Source of the DNA: Antedon mediterranea
Lineage: Eukaryota > Animalia > Echinodermata
DNA length: 64,000 bases
Direction: 5' to 3'
Assembly (NCBI RefSeq): GCF_964355755.1
Contig: NC_092671.1
Coordinates: 4,154,001-4,218,000, forward strand
Positions 25,401 to 37,800 of the stretch are shown in pieces. Position numbers and translations under genes: made by a program. Each line of letters begins with the position of its first letter. The first letter of the stretch is position 1. Under the pieces are notes generated by a model. That model had not been told where the DNA came from, did no database searches, and saw nothing but the letters and a program-made list of their open reading frames with translations.

Positions 25401-28400
25401 CTTTGTTCCTGAAAATGATTTGAACCAGTGACCACAATTAAATACAGTAGTCAGTGTTCTAACCTTGACCACAGAACCACATTGTTTTAGGCATATTTTT
25501 TAATAATGAATGATAAACTAGATTTTAATTCGTCACTTTGACAAATCATCCTGATCATTATAATTTAGATAAGTTTTCTGACATTTAATACAAAAAAATA
25601 AATAAATTGGTAAAAGTAAATGAGAAAGCGACTAGAATTATAAGCTACCATAACAAAAAATACAGCTGTCATGTTTCGATTTCAAATCAAATCACTCATA
25701 ATTCATAAAAACTACAATTACTTCAAACATAATTCCCCTGGGCTTTATAAATCCAATGCAATAAATCTACACACAAACCAAGGGACCATTTAACCAACAT
25801 GTGACCGCAGAATAAAAAACGGTCTTTATGTTGGGCCTTGCGATATTGAGATTAAGCAAAAATTGTGGTTGTGAACTCAATGTCTCATGACATGGTGCAA
25901 ACCTATTTTTGGAATTTAACCACGAGGTTCTGTCAAGGCTAATTAACGACAAGAGACACTAATTCCCAACAAGATAGCCTCGCAAGTCACTCAATAATCA
26001 TACCTATCATCTCAACCTTCAATTTTTTTTAATCTTGAAGTTACGCTATTAAGAAGAATTTCTGACAAAAGATTCTTAGATTATAATATTTTAATTACAT
26101 ATTTTAGAAACAACCTAAGTCAAGTTTTTTCAAGGTTAAAAGCACATTCAACTTTAAATATGCAATAAACCAGGAAAAAAACCACAAAATATTAAAATAG
26201 TTAATTTAAAGTTTATACTAACAAGAAAGTTATCTCAACTTTAACAGTTTTAGAAGTTTTATAACTTTAATTAATAAATGATAGATGATGAGGCAAATGA
26301 AAGAGATCATGTTTGCAAATAAAAATGATAAGATATGCAAATAAGAATGATCAGATGCAAATTATATTGATCATGGTATGCAAATAAGAATGATCAATTA
26401 TGCAAATAAGAACGGCCTACAATGAATATTAGAATGACCAGGTATGCAAATGATAATGATCATGTATGCAAATAAGAACGACCTACAATGAAAATTAGAA
26501 TGACCTGGTATGCAAATTATAATGATCAGGTATTCAAATGAGAACAACCTACAATGAAAATTAGAATGACCTGGTATGCAAATGATAATGATCAGGTATG
26601 GAAATGAGAATGACCTGGTATGGAAATGATAATAATCAGGTATGCAAATTAAATTGATCAAGTATGCAAATAAGAACAACCTACAATGAATATTAGAATG
26701 ACCTGGTATGCAACGATAATGATCAGGTATGCAAATTATAATCATCAGGTATGCAAATGATAATGATCAGGTATGTAAATGATAATGATAAGGTATGCAA
26801 ATAAGAATGACCTACAATGAAAATTAAAATGATCCGGTATGAAAATGAGAATGATCAGATATCATAATGATCAGATATGCAAATAAGAAAATCGTGAATG
26901 CGAATGATAATTATATATGTTTTGTCCCTTGAAACACAAAAAATGAAGGTCAAAATATTCTAAATTTAAATTGGCCATATCAGAGTAATATTAAAGTTAA
27001 ATAATTTTTGGTGAAAGTTAATAACTATTAATATGATACCTCAAAATAAACAACTTTTTTCAAAATCTTTTTTTTGTTTTTGGAATTAGTCAAAGGGACA
27101 AACATCTTTAATATACAAAAGCTAAATAAATTATAAAGCAAAACAAAAATAACTACTGAATTGATTTTACAGAATGCTAAATATATCCAATTTTGGTGAT
27201 TAATTTTCACAAAGGAAATACGTAGAATGGTCATAACTTTATGGAAACTCAATAATCTCAATTTTGTTCACCTCAATTTAGTTAAACTTTATTGATATGA
27301 TGCATAACTGTTATATCTAACAAATTAGAAGTACAATTTTATTTCATGATACACACAGTAATTACAGTGCGTTTATTGTTTTCTATCAAAGCGATGGTTG
27401 AAAATGGTAAAATCATTATTAATAATTGGATGCTCTAAATAATGTATTATGATTATATAGGGATCATCAAACTTATTCTATTATCAGTTACTGCAGTAAT
27501 TGTTGGTTTACTCTTGTTCAATCTTTTTTTAGGATAATCATACACACAGTGCAATACAATGACTCCTTAATAAACTTCTACACTAAAATAAACTCAATCT
27601 TTAATTATACTTTGTTGCATTAAAATATGTAGTTACTGCAGTAACTGCAGCAAAATAATTCTGATATGTTCATTATAGTGAAACTATTGAAGTAGAAAAT
27701 TATTTTACACAGCACTGTTATGATGACGAATATTATACATCTGTATGTAATATATTCGTCAACGGCGCGCATGTTATCAGATTAGTGACAATTTATAAAG
27801 AAGCACGTGAACGTTGAATAGATTAGCTGATCACTGGTGTGAGCCCGACTGCTGTACCATATCGGCAACACTACAACTTCACATGACCTAGACTAAATAA
27901 CAGGTGGATAGATACCTTGAACTACTCAATCTTATAAATAATAACATTAAAATTATATGACAAATTCATATTAGTATAAAAGTATAGAATTGGAGTTGAA
28001 GACTGATAGCATCAAGAAATTGTGAAAGAACATATAGGCCAAGTTTTGATAATAGTATTATCATTGGCAATTTGAAACTATGTAACAGTAATTTAAATTT
28101 GTAACAATTAGTTTTATTGTTAGATAATGTCTTTCATTATCATTCCTTGTTAATTTTATAATTCTTACCTGAATTAAAGTTAAAGTTAAGTATCAAACGT
28201 ACAGTATGTACAGTTGATAAGGCCAACAGAGTGAACAGAGTTAGGTCTCTGAGTTTGCAGATCAAATTAGTAAAGTAATTCAATTCAATAAAACTTTATT
28301 ATCCCAAACTCTGGTTGTGGTAATAAAAAGATTCATAAAACGTACACAAAAGGCAAGCACAACAATCAAAATAAAAATTAAGAAAAACAAATCTGACCAA

Positions 28401-31400
28401 CCAATATTGTTTTCAATCGATGCTGTGAAGTGCAACATACAAATTATTTTTTGCCAATGATTACGACTTTAAATGTTTCTACAACTAAATGTATTCAGAA
28501 CAACATAATTTGAAAGTTTATGGTGAAAGTTGACTGTGTTTAAAGTCAGCTTTAATTATCAATCAAATAACAACTCATTTAATTTGAAAATAATAACAAT
28601 TAGTGAGACAAATTAACAAATGTAGTTTTGTTTTTACAGTTAATTTGAGCTGGACGAGTGGGTGTAACTATATTATTACTTGAATATATCTAAAAACAAC
28701 CACAGTGTAATTCTTTCCATACATTCCTATATCATACATAATTCCTTGTGGTTTATTCCGAGACATTATTCCTATGTTATACTTGTTTCAAACTAAAAAC
28801 ATGCTTTATCATTCTTTCTCAATGTTCCCGAGATTAAGTTATCGACAGAGAGCAAATGAATCAAATATTTTAATTTCCTCAATATGTAGAAAAGGATAGG
28901 CTATGTGCTACTGATAGACGCCCTATCTGAAATCATTCTGAAACAAGTATGCAAATAATTTAATAAGCAAACTGTATTCATATGATTGCAATAAATACAA
29001 AAAATCATAATTAATTTTTCTCAGTAATTTTTTATCCAACTAGGTAATCTATATGCACATTCTAAATCATAATTTATTGAAATGCTCATATACAAGATTT
29101 TTTTGTTTGTATACAATATAAATCAATAGATATTTGCATAACTCAATCATTAAAATCAACAAATAAAACAATTATTTATATAGAAAAGTGTTTTTCAAAT
29201 TGTGTATTTATAACCAGTTTCATTATTGATAAGTTCAATGAGCAAGTATTTTTTCTCAAGCCTATAAATAAACAATGTGGTTCCATAAAGCTTTTTTTTT
29301 GCTATTTTATAATGCATTATCAGATTTTAAAAAGCATTTTTACCATTAATCGTGACAAGTTTGAATCTGCAAGCAATGCACAAAATCCGTAGGGACATCT
29401 GTAAATTTACAAACATGATCATGTGCAACAGACTATACCCATAGGCATATATTTAAGGTAAGTCTATAATTATCTATCATTTTTATAGAACCTTGTGAAC
29501 TATAAAACAGTAAAACCCCCATAAGGGGGATACGGGATATCACTATTCAGGAAACACCCTATTGAGGTACATTGTTTTAATAATATTAATACTGTGAAGC
29601 TAATGGGGAACAATATGTAACACTATACAGACAACCTTCATTCAGGGAAAACCCCTATTAAAGAACACTTTTCTGTAAACCAATGATGGACAATGTTATA
29701 ACACTATACAGCCACCCTTTATTCAGGGAAAACCCCAATTAAGGAACACCTTTCTGTAAACCAATGAGGAACAATATGTAACACTATACAGACAACCTTC
29801 ATTCAGGGAAAACCCCTATTAAAGAACACTTTTCTGTAAACCAATGATGGACAATGTTATAACACTATACAGACAACCTTTATTCAGGGAAAACCCCAAT
29901 TAAGGAACACCTTTCTGTAAACCAATGAGGAACAATATGTAACACTATACAGACAACCTTCATTCAGGGAAAACCCCTATTAAGAAACACCTTTCTATAA
30001 ACCAATGAGGAACAATATTTTAACCCATACAGCCAACACCTGGGATAATTTCCTATGAAATGAACCAGGAACAATGTATCATCACTATTAGCCAACCCTT
30101 ATTCAGAAGACACTCATGCTGTAATGGGAAAATTTCCTGTAAAAGAACAAGGAACAATTAGGCAGTGGCTATCAAAGATGATCAATTTCATCCGGCCTCT
30201 AGTATCTTCCAGTTGATGCGCAGCGGTCGGCGATTTTGTTCTATAAGGCCAATAGGGCACGATTTACAAATAGTTTATTTCCAGGAGCTATTAGAGCCTT
30301 AAACATCATGTAGACACTTTTTGTAATGTTTTTGTTTTGAGTTCGTGTTGTGTCCGTTGGATATTGTGCTCCGCCAACAGAGCAAACAGAATTTCTATGT
30401 TTTTTCTTAAAACAATTGACAATAAATGATACTTAACTACTTGACTTGACTTTAACCATGGAGTTTTAATTAATTTATAGCTCCAAGTGTTAACACTTTT
30501 TCAGGGGATACTCCTTAATAGGGCTTTCTGCTTTAATAAAAATAAATAATAACTTAATATATAATAATAAACTTCCCATCCAGCCCATTGTAATAAAAAT
30601 ATATTGCCATCCAGCACATCATTGCACAGAAGCCGTAGGCTACATGTACAAAACGGTATAAACTATCGGACATATACTTATTGATTAAATGTGACATAAC
30701 GCAAGGTTATATATTCCTACAGGCTTCTCATAGATTTCTGTCTACTTGTATCATTAAACAGTTTCACTTTCTTTAATTCGTAGCGGAAAAAACTCAATCT
30801 AATTTCAACAAAAGTTAGTTAGTTTAAAATTACAAATTCATGTATTTTTAACCATTTTCAATAAAAAAAACAACATTAATTGGAAAGAAAGTTGTTCGTA
30901 CCTTTAGGGTGTGATCAACTCATGAGGAAAAGGTAATCTTGTGGTTAGTAAAATACAGTTTTAAGTGTAAAAGGTAAACATTTTGATATTTGAAGTGTTG
31001 TTTATACTCAAAACAAAACTGTTTAATGTGTATATATAATTTAATTTATTAAGTAAAAAAATTCCCACTTCGAAATAAAAATTTAAACTTCCTGTGATAT
31101 TTTAAATTTGTTTGTAAACAAAATCTATAAATAATACAAAAATACACTTTTCTGTTTGAAAAATCTTACTTTATAATAATATTTACTTATATTTTTACTT
31201 TTTTTTCTTACTGAGTTTGTTTGTTTTATATTTATTATAGATATGTATTTCTTATGAAAAACCCCCATATAAACTTTACTTTTAAAATGCACAATTTATC
31301 ATTTTTACCAAAAATAGTGTTAATTGGTCATTAAATCTGATAATACTGGATAATTTTGCTTTTTTAAAACTCTTTTAACTTAACTTTTCATGGAAAAGCA

Positions 31401-31851
31401 CCAGTTGGTTTTAATACAAGCTAATATAGAATTTATCATGATATATCATACCAAATATAGTGTTTTGTGTGTCTGGATATCTTAAAGACAAACCTATAGA
31501 AATTTAAACGCTGATAATACTGCATACTGTATTCTTAATTAAATCCAATGTATAAACAATATTAACTATGTATTAGCAAGTAACAACTTTGACAAATATT
31601 GTAAATTATTTTTAACAACTGCATGGAAAGAACGTAACGGAATTTATAATATCCTTCCATAACACAATCTTTTACTTTTCGCTCAAATGTATTGAATGAA
31701 TTTTTATAACCTAATGTTTATATACTTTTTAATGTAATAATTTATAATGTTTGTATTTGATTGTGTAGTAAGATAAGTCCATATTTATTTTATTTTGTTG
31801 CACATCTCTTGAGAATTGTGCCTCTGTTATAAAAGAGAAACAATAAAGTTA

Positions 31852-31885
<34 letters not shown>

Positions 31886-34800
31886 TCTGAATTCTTCAAC
31901 TGAATTCTCTGCCAAGAAATATCAAAATCATTGAAAAAAAAAAGAAATATACAAAAATCAATCAAATATGTACTATTATTTTTATAACAACAATAATTGT
32001 GTACAAAAAAAAGTTTTCTCTAGTAATCATCTAAATTGTCATAAACATAGTCTACCTTTAACATTGAGATGCTTGCGATTTGCAGCAGCGAAAATAAAAT
32101 GTTAATTCACTGTGCGATACAGGGATATTAGGACGTGTTCCCCATTCCCCACCACCTAGGTCCAGACGATAACCGACAAAACATCTATTAACCTGACCTA
32201 CTGTAGAGGTTGTTGGTTAATTAAAACACAACAGAATATTTGATCAAAGACACAAATTTATTTGAACGTATTTGAAATTCAGAATAGTAAAACAAGAATA
32301 CAACTTGAAAGTTCCGTTTCTGTTGAAAGTTTCCATTTTTCATGAATTGTAGAGCAAATAAATAGACTAATAACTTATCTATTTCCTGCTGACCTTTCTT
32401 TAGAGGAATTATTTCCCAAAAAACTTGGCAAACCAAATTCTTTGAGATCTTACACCTACTGGATGTTAACCAACAACCAATGCAATGAGTGAATCATCAT
32501 AAGATACGTAGAAAACATATTGTGCTATTTATCTTTATAAAAATTTGGCAGGAAGTAAAGATTCCAAATGACGTCATTGTCAATATGATGGTAGTGTTGC
32601 ATCTCTGTTTTTTATTACGTGATAGAGAACATATCATTTTCAAATGGAGAAATATCTACTATATTCCCCATGTACTATTCTTCATTGTGAGGTCTTTAAA
32701 ATAAACATGACGGAAGACCTCCATGATCTCAATAAGTCAGGGGGAGATCCAGGATTTCTTAAATGAGTGAGCGGTATCATATATTATTAGTCTGTCAAAA
32801 ATATATCTCAAAAAGCAGTTTATAATTCCATATTAGCTGTCAAATATGGGAGAGCGGTGACTGTAGATGAAGTGGAACAACACTACATTATACTGAACCT
32901 ATTCTAAATGCAGCATCATATATTGTAAAACTAAATAGTTAAATTGTAACAAAATTCTGTGTACTATAACATATGGCATCATACTTGTTATAGTATCATA
33001 GACAAATTATGTAATAGTGTCACATATCTATCACGTGTGGTGTCTGTAATGTTCAAGTTAAGTTAGACTTATGTCAAACTACAAAACAGGTATCACATGT
33101 GATACATATGTGACACAGGATTTAGGAGAATTTGTTGAAAATACTAGGAAAACTATAGATAGTAACTGAGAATCAGCTATACTTTCTTAATAACAAAACT
33201 GGAAAATTAAGATAACAAAAGATAAAAATCTCTTAAAGAAGAGTTTAGTTTTAAATTTATTTTATCTTACCGTATGATTTGGTTGAAACTGTCGTTGCCT
33301 GAAGAGCATCTTTATTTCCTCAATCACATACAAAGCATTCGTGATATGGTTAACAACATTATCTCTGGTTTTTCTACATCTGTGAATGCAAACAAAAGGA
33401 ATTAAAATATACAAATGTGTAAAAAATGGACAAACCATTGGATCAAGTTAGATAAGAACCCCTATTACGGGGACCCTTTGGTAGGAGTTACCTAATGTTA
33501 AACCATCCTCAATTGTTCCACAGGAAAATGTTTCCTTAGGAGTATCCCCTAAATAAAAAAAATTGCTAAATAGTTACTTTAAATACTAAACATTTCAATT
33601 TTCGATTTATTTCAACCCATATAGGCCAACCAAATTATAGGCCAACCAAATTATAGGCCAACCCGAAAACTGAATATAAATGGGAATGCCATAGACGTGC
33701 ATACTAGTAGTTCATTATCATCTTCATGCATATAAAATCTTAATTCAATTTTTGACATTGTAAAATAACATTAATAAAGAAAACATCAAAATGTCGCCAA
33801 AGGTAATTTTTTTCACTAAAAAGTGTGAATCATAGATCCTTAGTTAAGTTTTGGCCCATGGTTCATTGTGAATGACGTTTATGATTGAAAGGAAGGTCAG
33901 CACAAAATGCTTTATGTGTATCAACGGTCACATGCAATGGGCACCAACATTAGTAATATTCTTGAAAATCTTACTAGGGATTTTAAAAAAGAGAGATGCA
34001 TGATTATGTATTGTATTATACAGTTTTTTTTCTTTGTCAGACCTCATTAACACAACAAAATCTTTGGTGGGATGCAAGTTTGAAAAAACAGTTTCCACCA
34101 AGGAAACTAATTTTATTATCTCAATAAATGTGAAAACTTTGACGGTTGTTACATACGATTTATAACCAGGTACCATGACTAATTAGATATGAAGATTCAA
34201 ACCTCAAACCCTCTTCTTGGGCCAGTAAAGTCAGTTTAATGCAGTATTTTTTTTATCGTTTCTCGATTTGGGTGAAAGGACTGAATATGTTGTTATAGCA
34301 ATATGTGAAGGGGAAATGTAAAGGTGACATGCTTCCATGCATTCCAACATACTGGCTATTAGTTTCATTAATTCTACAGTGCATTTCTACTCATGCAGTT
34401 AAAGATAATCAAACCTTTCCATAGAGACTACAATCAAAGAAAAAAACACTGGTTCACATCGTAGGATCAGTTCAACATACAGTAGTACAAAAGCCTACAG
34501 TAGTCTACACCAGCATTCAGCAAACTTTTTATTTTGCGGCCAAAAATCTGGTTCCCAGGACCAAACTGTTGTTCAACCACCCAGCTGGACCAACATAATG
34601 AAGCTAATATTAGTCCTGTACCTTAACCCCAACAAATCATAAATTGTATTGTAATTTTTTTTGGAGGGTAAAAATTGCGCTGATCCACCATTCTGACAAT
34701 CAAGAAAGAAATCGGTGCAGCCTGAGGTTTTTCCAGTGTAGGCTTCAATTAACAACTTTGGCAAATTGCAGAAAACTAGTTTGCCGAAGTTACTGTATGC

Positions 34801-37800
34801 CAGTGTAGACTATAGGCCTCTAATCTTTTAGTTATAATAATGCATGACCAAACCCAGAAGGTAGTGATACTACCCTCTACACGGTCTAAAGGGACATGAT
34901 CATTAATCTAATGAACGGCTAGTGATGTCACTCAAGACATACAGTAGTGTAGTTCAGGATATGATTAGCAGGTACAGGCTGCTAAACATCTGACAGACTA
35001 CACTTCTTGGCTATAACAAAGAATAACAGACATGCACTTCTAAAAATGCTTTAGTTTTAAAAAAAACATACCATTCCGTAGGCTTCTGAACATGAACCAT
35101 ATTTCCAGAATTGATATATAGTGTACTGGCAGCATAGAGTAAACAAAAATATTCTGATTTTCTCAATGCTTTTTAAGTTTAAATGTATGTTAAAATAATA
35201 TCCCTTTTAAAATGAATTAAAAATGTTTATCTATTGTAAAACAAAAATGGATGATTAGATATAGTGCAACATTTTTTTTCCCATGCTTTTTACGTTTTGT
35301 ACTGTATGCTAAACTATTTTAAATTCTCTTTAAAAAAAATTGATATTTTAAGACGTTGTAAGTGGAAGTGTCTGAGATAATACAAAAATGCAATCGAACA
35401 GTGCAAAATGCAAATTGTGTTGCCAGTTATGCAAAATTATAAATGTTAAATACTTTGATGACTTGAAGAAGACGGCCGCTGCTTTCTTGACCACCAGCGC
35501 ATTGGCAATCGTTTGACAAACTTGATTTCGCAATTGACGGGCTCTAAAACAAATTAATCCAAATACGTTGTCCTTTATTTTGAGTTAAAAAAGGTACCAT
35601 TAATTTGTATATTATTGTTTATTATCAAGTTCAGAGATGATTTAGTATTTTATTAATTACACTAACTTATACCCAAGCTAAAGCAACACAATACAAGAAA
35701 AATAAATGTTAAATTCTGGATACATAATTTGCTAGAATAAAAAGGAAAAAAAAGCGTGAATTTAAGGAATAATTAAACTTTGTGCAGAATATTATAGTAG
35801 ATTCTACAAATATAAAAATTTAGAAATGTAATAATGCTCTTCATTTTTTAATACCGTATATCCTCTTTTATAATCTTATCCCTCTAGAACACGAAATTGA
35901 GTCGCCTTTGGTGGGTAAGCATTTCTTGTAAAACTCATCTGAATTGTCTAGAGAGGGCATACATCCAGATCAAAAGTCAATACTGGGACTATACTCAGTA
36001 TATGCCTGTGTGTGAAATAAGTAGGAGGTGGGATTAGGTCCAAAGTGGGATTATACCTTAGGATACGGTACATTTTTTACTGTAAATTGTGTTGGACTTT
36101 TATGGAACTTTAAAAGTGTATTCAGTATAGAGAAAAAATATTTTGCATCTAAGATTGTACGGTTTCGTTGGAGTTAAAACACCATTTATATTTCTGTATA
36201 TCTTATTTGGTCTCGATCTAATTACTATTAATGTTGTTTTTGTTTTGGTTTGGTTTCATGTGTCAATATTATTCATTGTTTTGTTTTAGTTTACTATTAT
36301 TGAGTAGTTTTAATCTATGATTTTTTATTATAATTATTGATGTTAGTTTTAGTTTATTATTCTGTGTAAGTTTCTATTACATAACGCCATAAAAAAAAAT
36401 CTGTATTTCTACTAAAGTTTGTGTTCTCAAAAAAACTAAATAAACAATAAAATTATTAAAATGCAATTCACTCAGCCGGGTCAAATGATAAGATGATATG
36501 TTAGCTGGTTCATGGTCAATTTTTGTCAAACATCAGTCATCCCGCTGAAAGGTACATAGTGCTAAAACTTGAACGCAACGCAACAACGTACGGTACAGGT
36601 ACAATGAAAGTAAGTTGACCAATCCCAAGTGACAGTTCGACTTGATGTTCAAATTTAATATTATTTTGTCCTTGCATTGCGTCCATCAGGCTTAACTGTT
36701 CCAACACCAGATCGATTTTAAACATTTTTTTACTATTATTTATATATTGTTTGAACATTTGCATGGCGAAATCTAATGTTGATATAAGTTTGCGGTACAC
36801 CACGTATGTTAGTTCTGAAAAGAACTGTTGAGTTTCTCGACGTTTAGATCAATATGCTTTGATCCTCCTCACTCGTGGTGTACCGCAAACTTATATCAAC
36901 AGACTATTATTAACCGCTTATTTGAAATTTGTCCTGTTTTTACTGGCATGACATGGAGGTAATTAATTCACATAATTTTAAAATCAATTGGTTATGTGCT
37001 TGCAGCAGAAACAGGCCCTAAATTTACAAAACTTGTTTGTTATTATTACTTGCTTTATCTTACAAGTACAACAATATTCATTCCTAAACAATTTGAATAT
37101 CTGAGTTGAACTAGCTCTCTCTCTCGTTTACTGTTTCCTATTCATTGACATTTGCCAGTTTCTGCATGTCTGATTCATCTTCCTGAAACATCTAATTCAC
37201 TTAATAATCTATCTCACATTCTGTAAAAAAAATTACTCCAATCTAATTAAAAAGTGATATAATATGTATGTCTTTTGTCTTGTTACGTAGATATTTCAAT
37301 TGTTTTATAATATTTAGAATAGAAGAAATTGTAAACCACCGAAATTCATTTAATTATTTCGTTTTAAATGGTAAAAAGAGGACATTTGGAGAATGAGTAT
37401 ACAGTATATTATTCCAAAGGCCATTATTATTGAAAAAATGACAATTCTGTGGGTATCAGTGGCTGGATCTCAATGGAGCTTCAAAATAAAATAAGCATTG
37501 AACAAAATGACAATGATGTGGGTGGCTAGACCTCAAACAATGGTGATAAAAATAAAATGAGCAGAAAGCTAAATTAAAACAGTAAATAAAATAGCCAGAA
37601 ATAAGCTTTCAAAACACTAATCCATCATCAGGACTAACAAGTACAAATTGGATTTGTAACCGTCATCTTCTACAAGAATAAAACGAAAAATGTCTTCAGC
37701 GACCATTCTTTTACCAACTGTGCTCCAATGCTATGGAATCGCCTGCCATCTCATATATTTAAAACTCTAGTACATTATATACATTCAAGTCTAGCTTAAA

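Noticed and set aside
27725-27762. Hairpin TGACGAATAT...ATATTCGTCA as a pre-miRNA or ribozyme
   Set aside because: Too short, AT-rich, and no catalytic core.
28165-32110. Isolated minus-strand donor-like sites (28169, 30901, 32055)
   Set aside because: No convincing acceptor or coding frame; such sites are expected by chance in a 9.4-kb intron.
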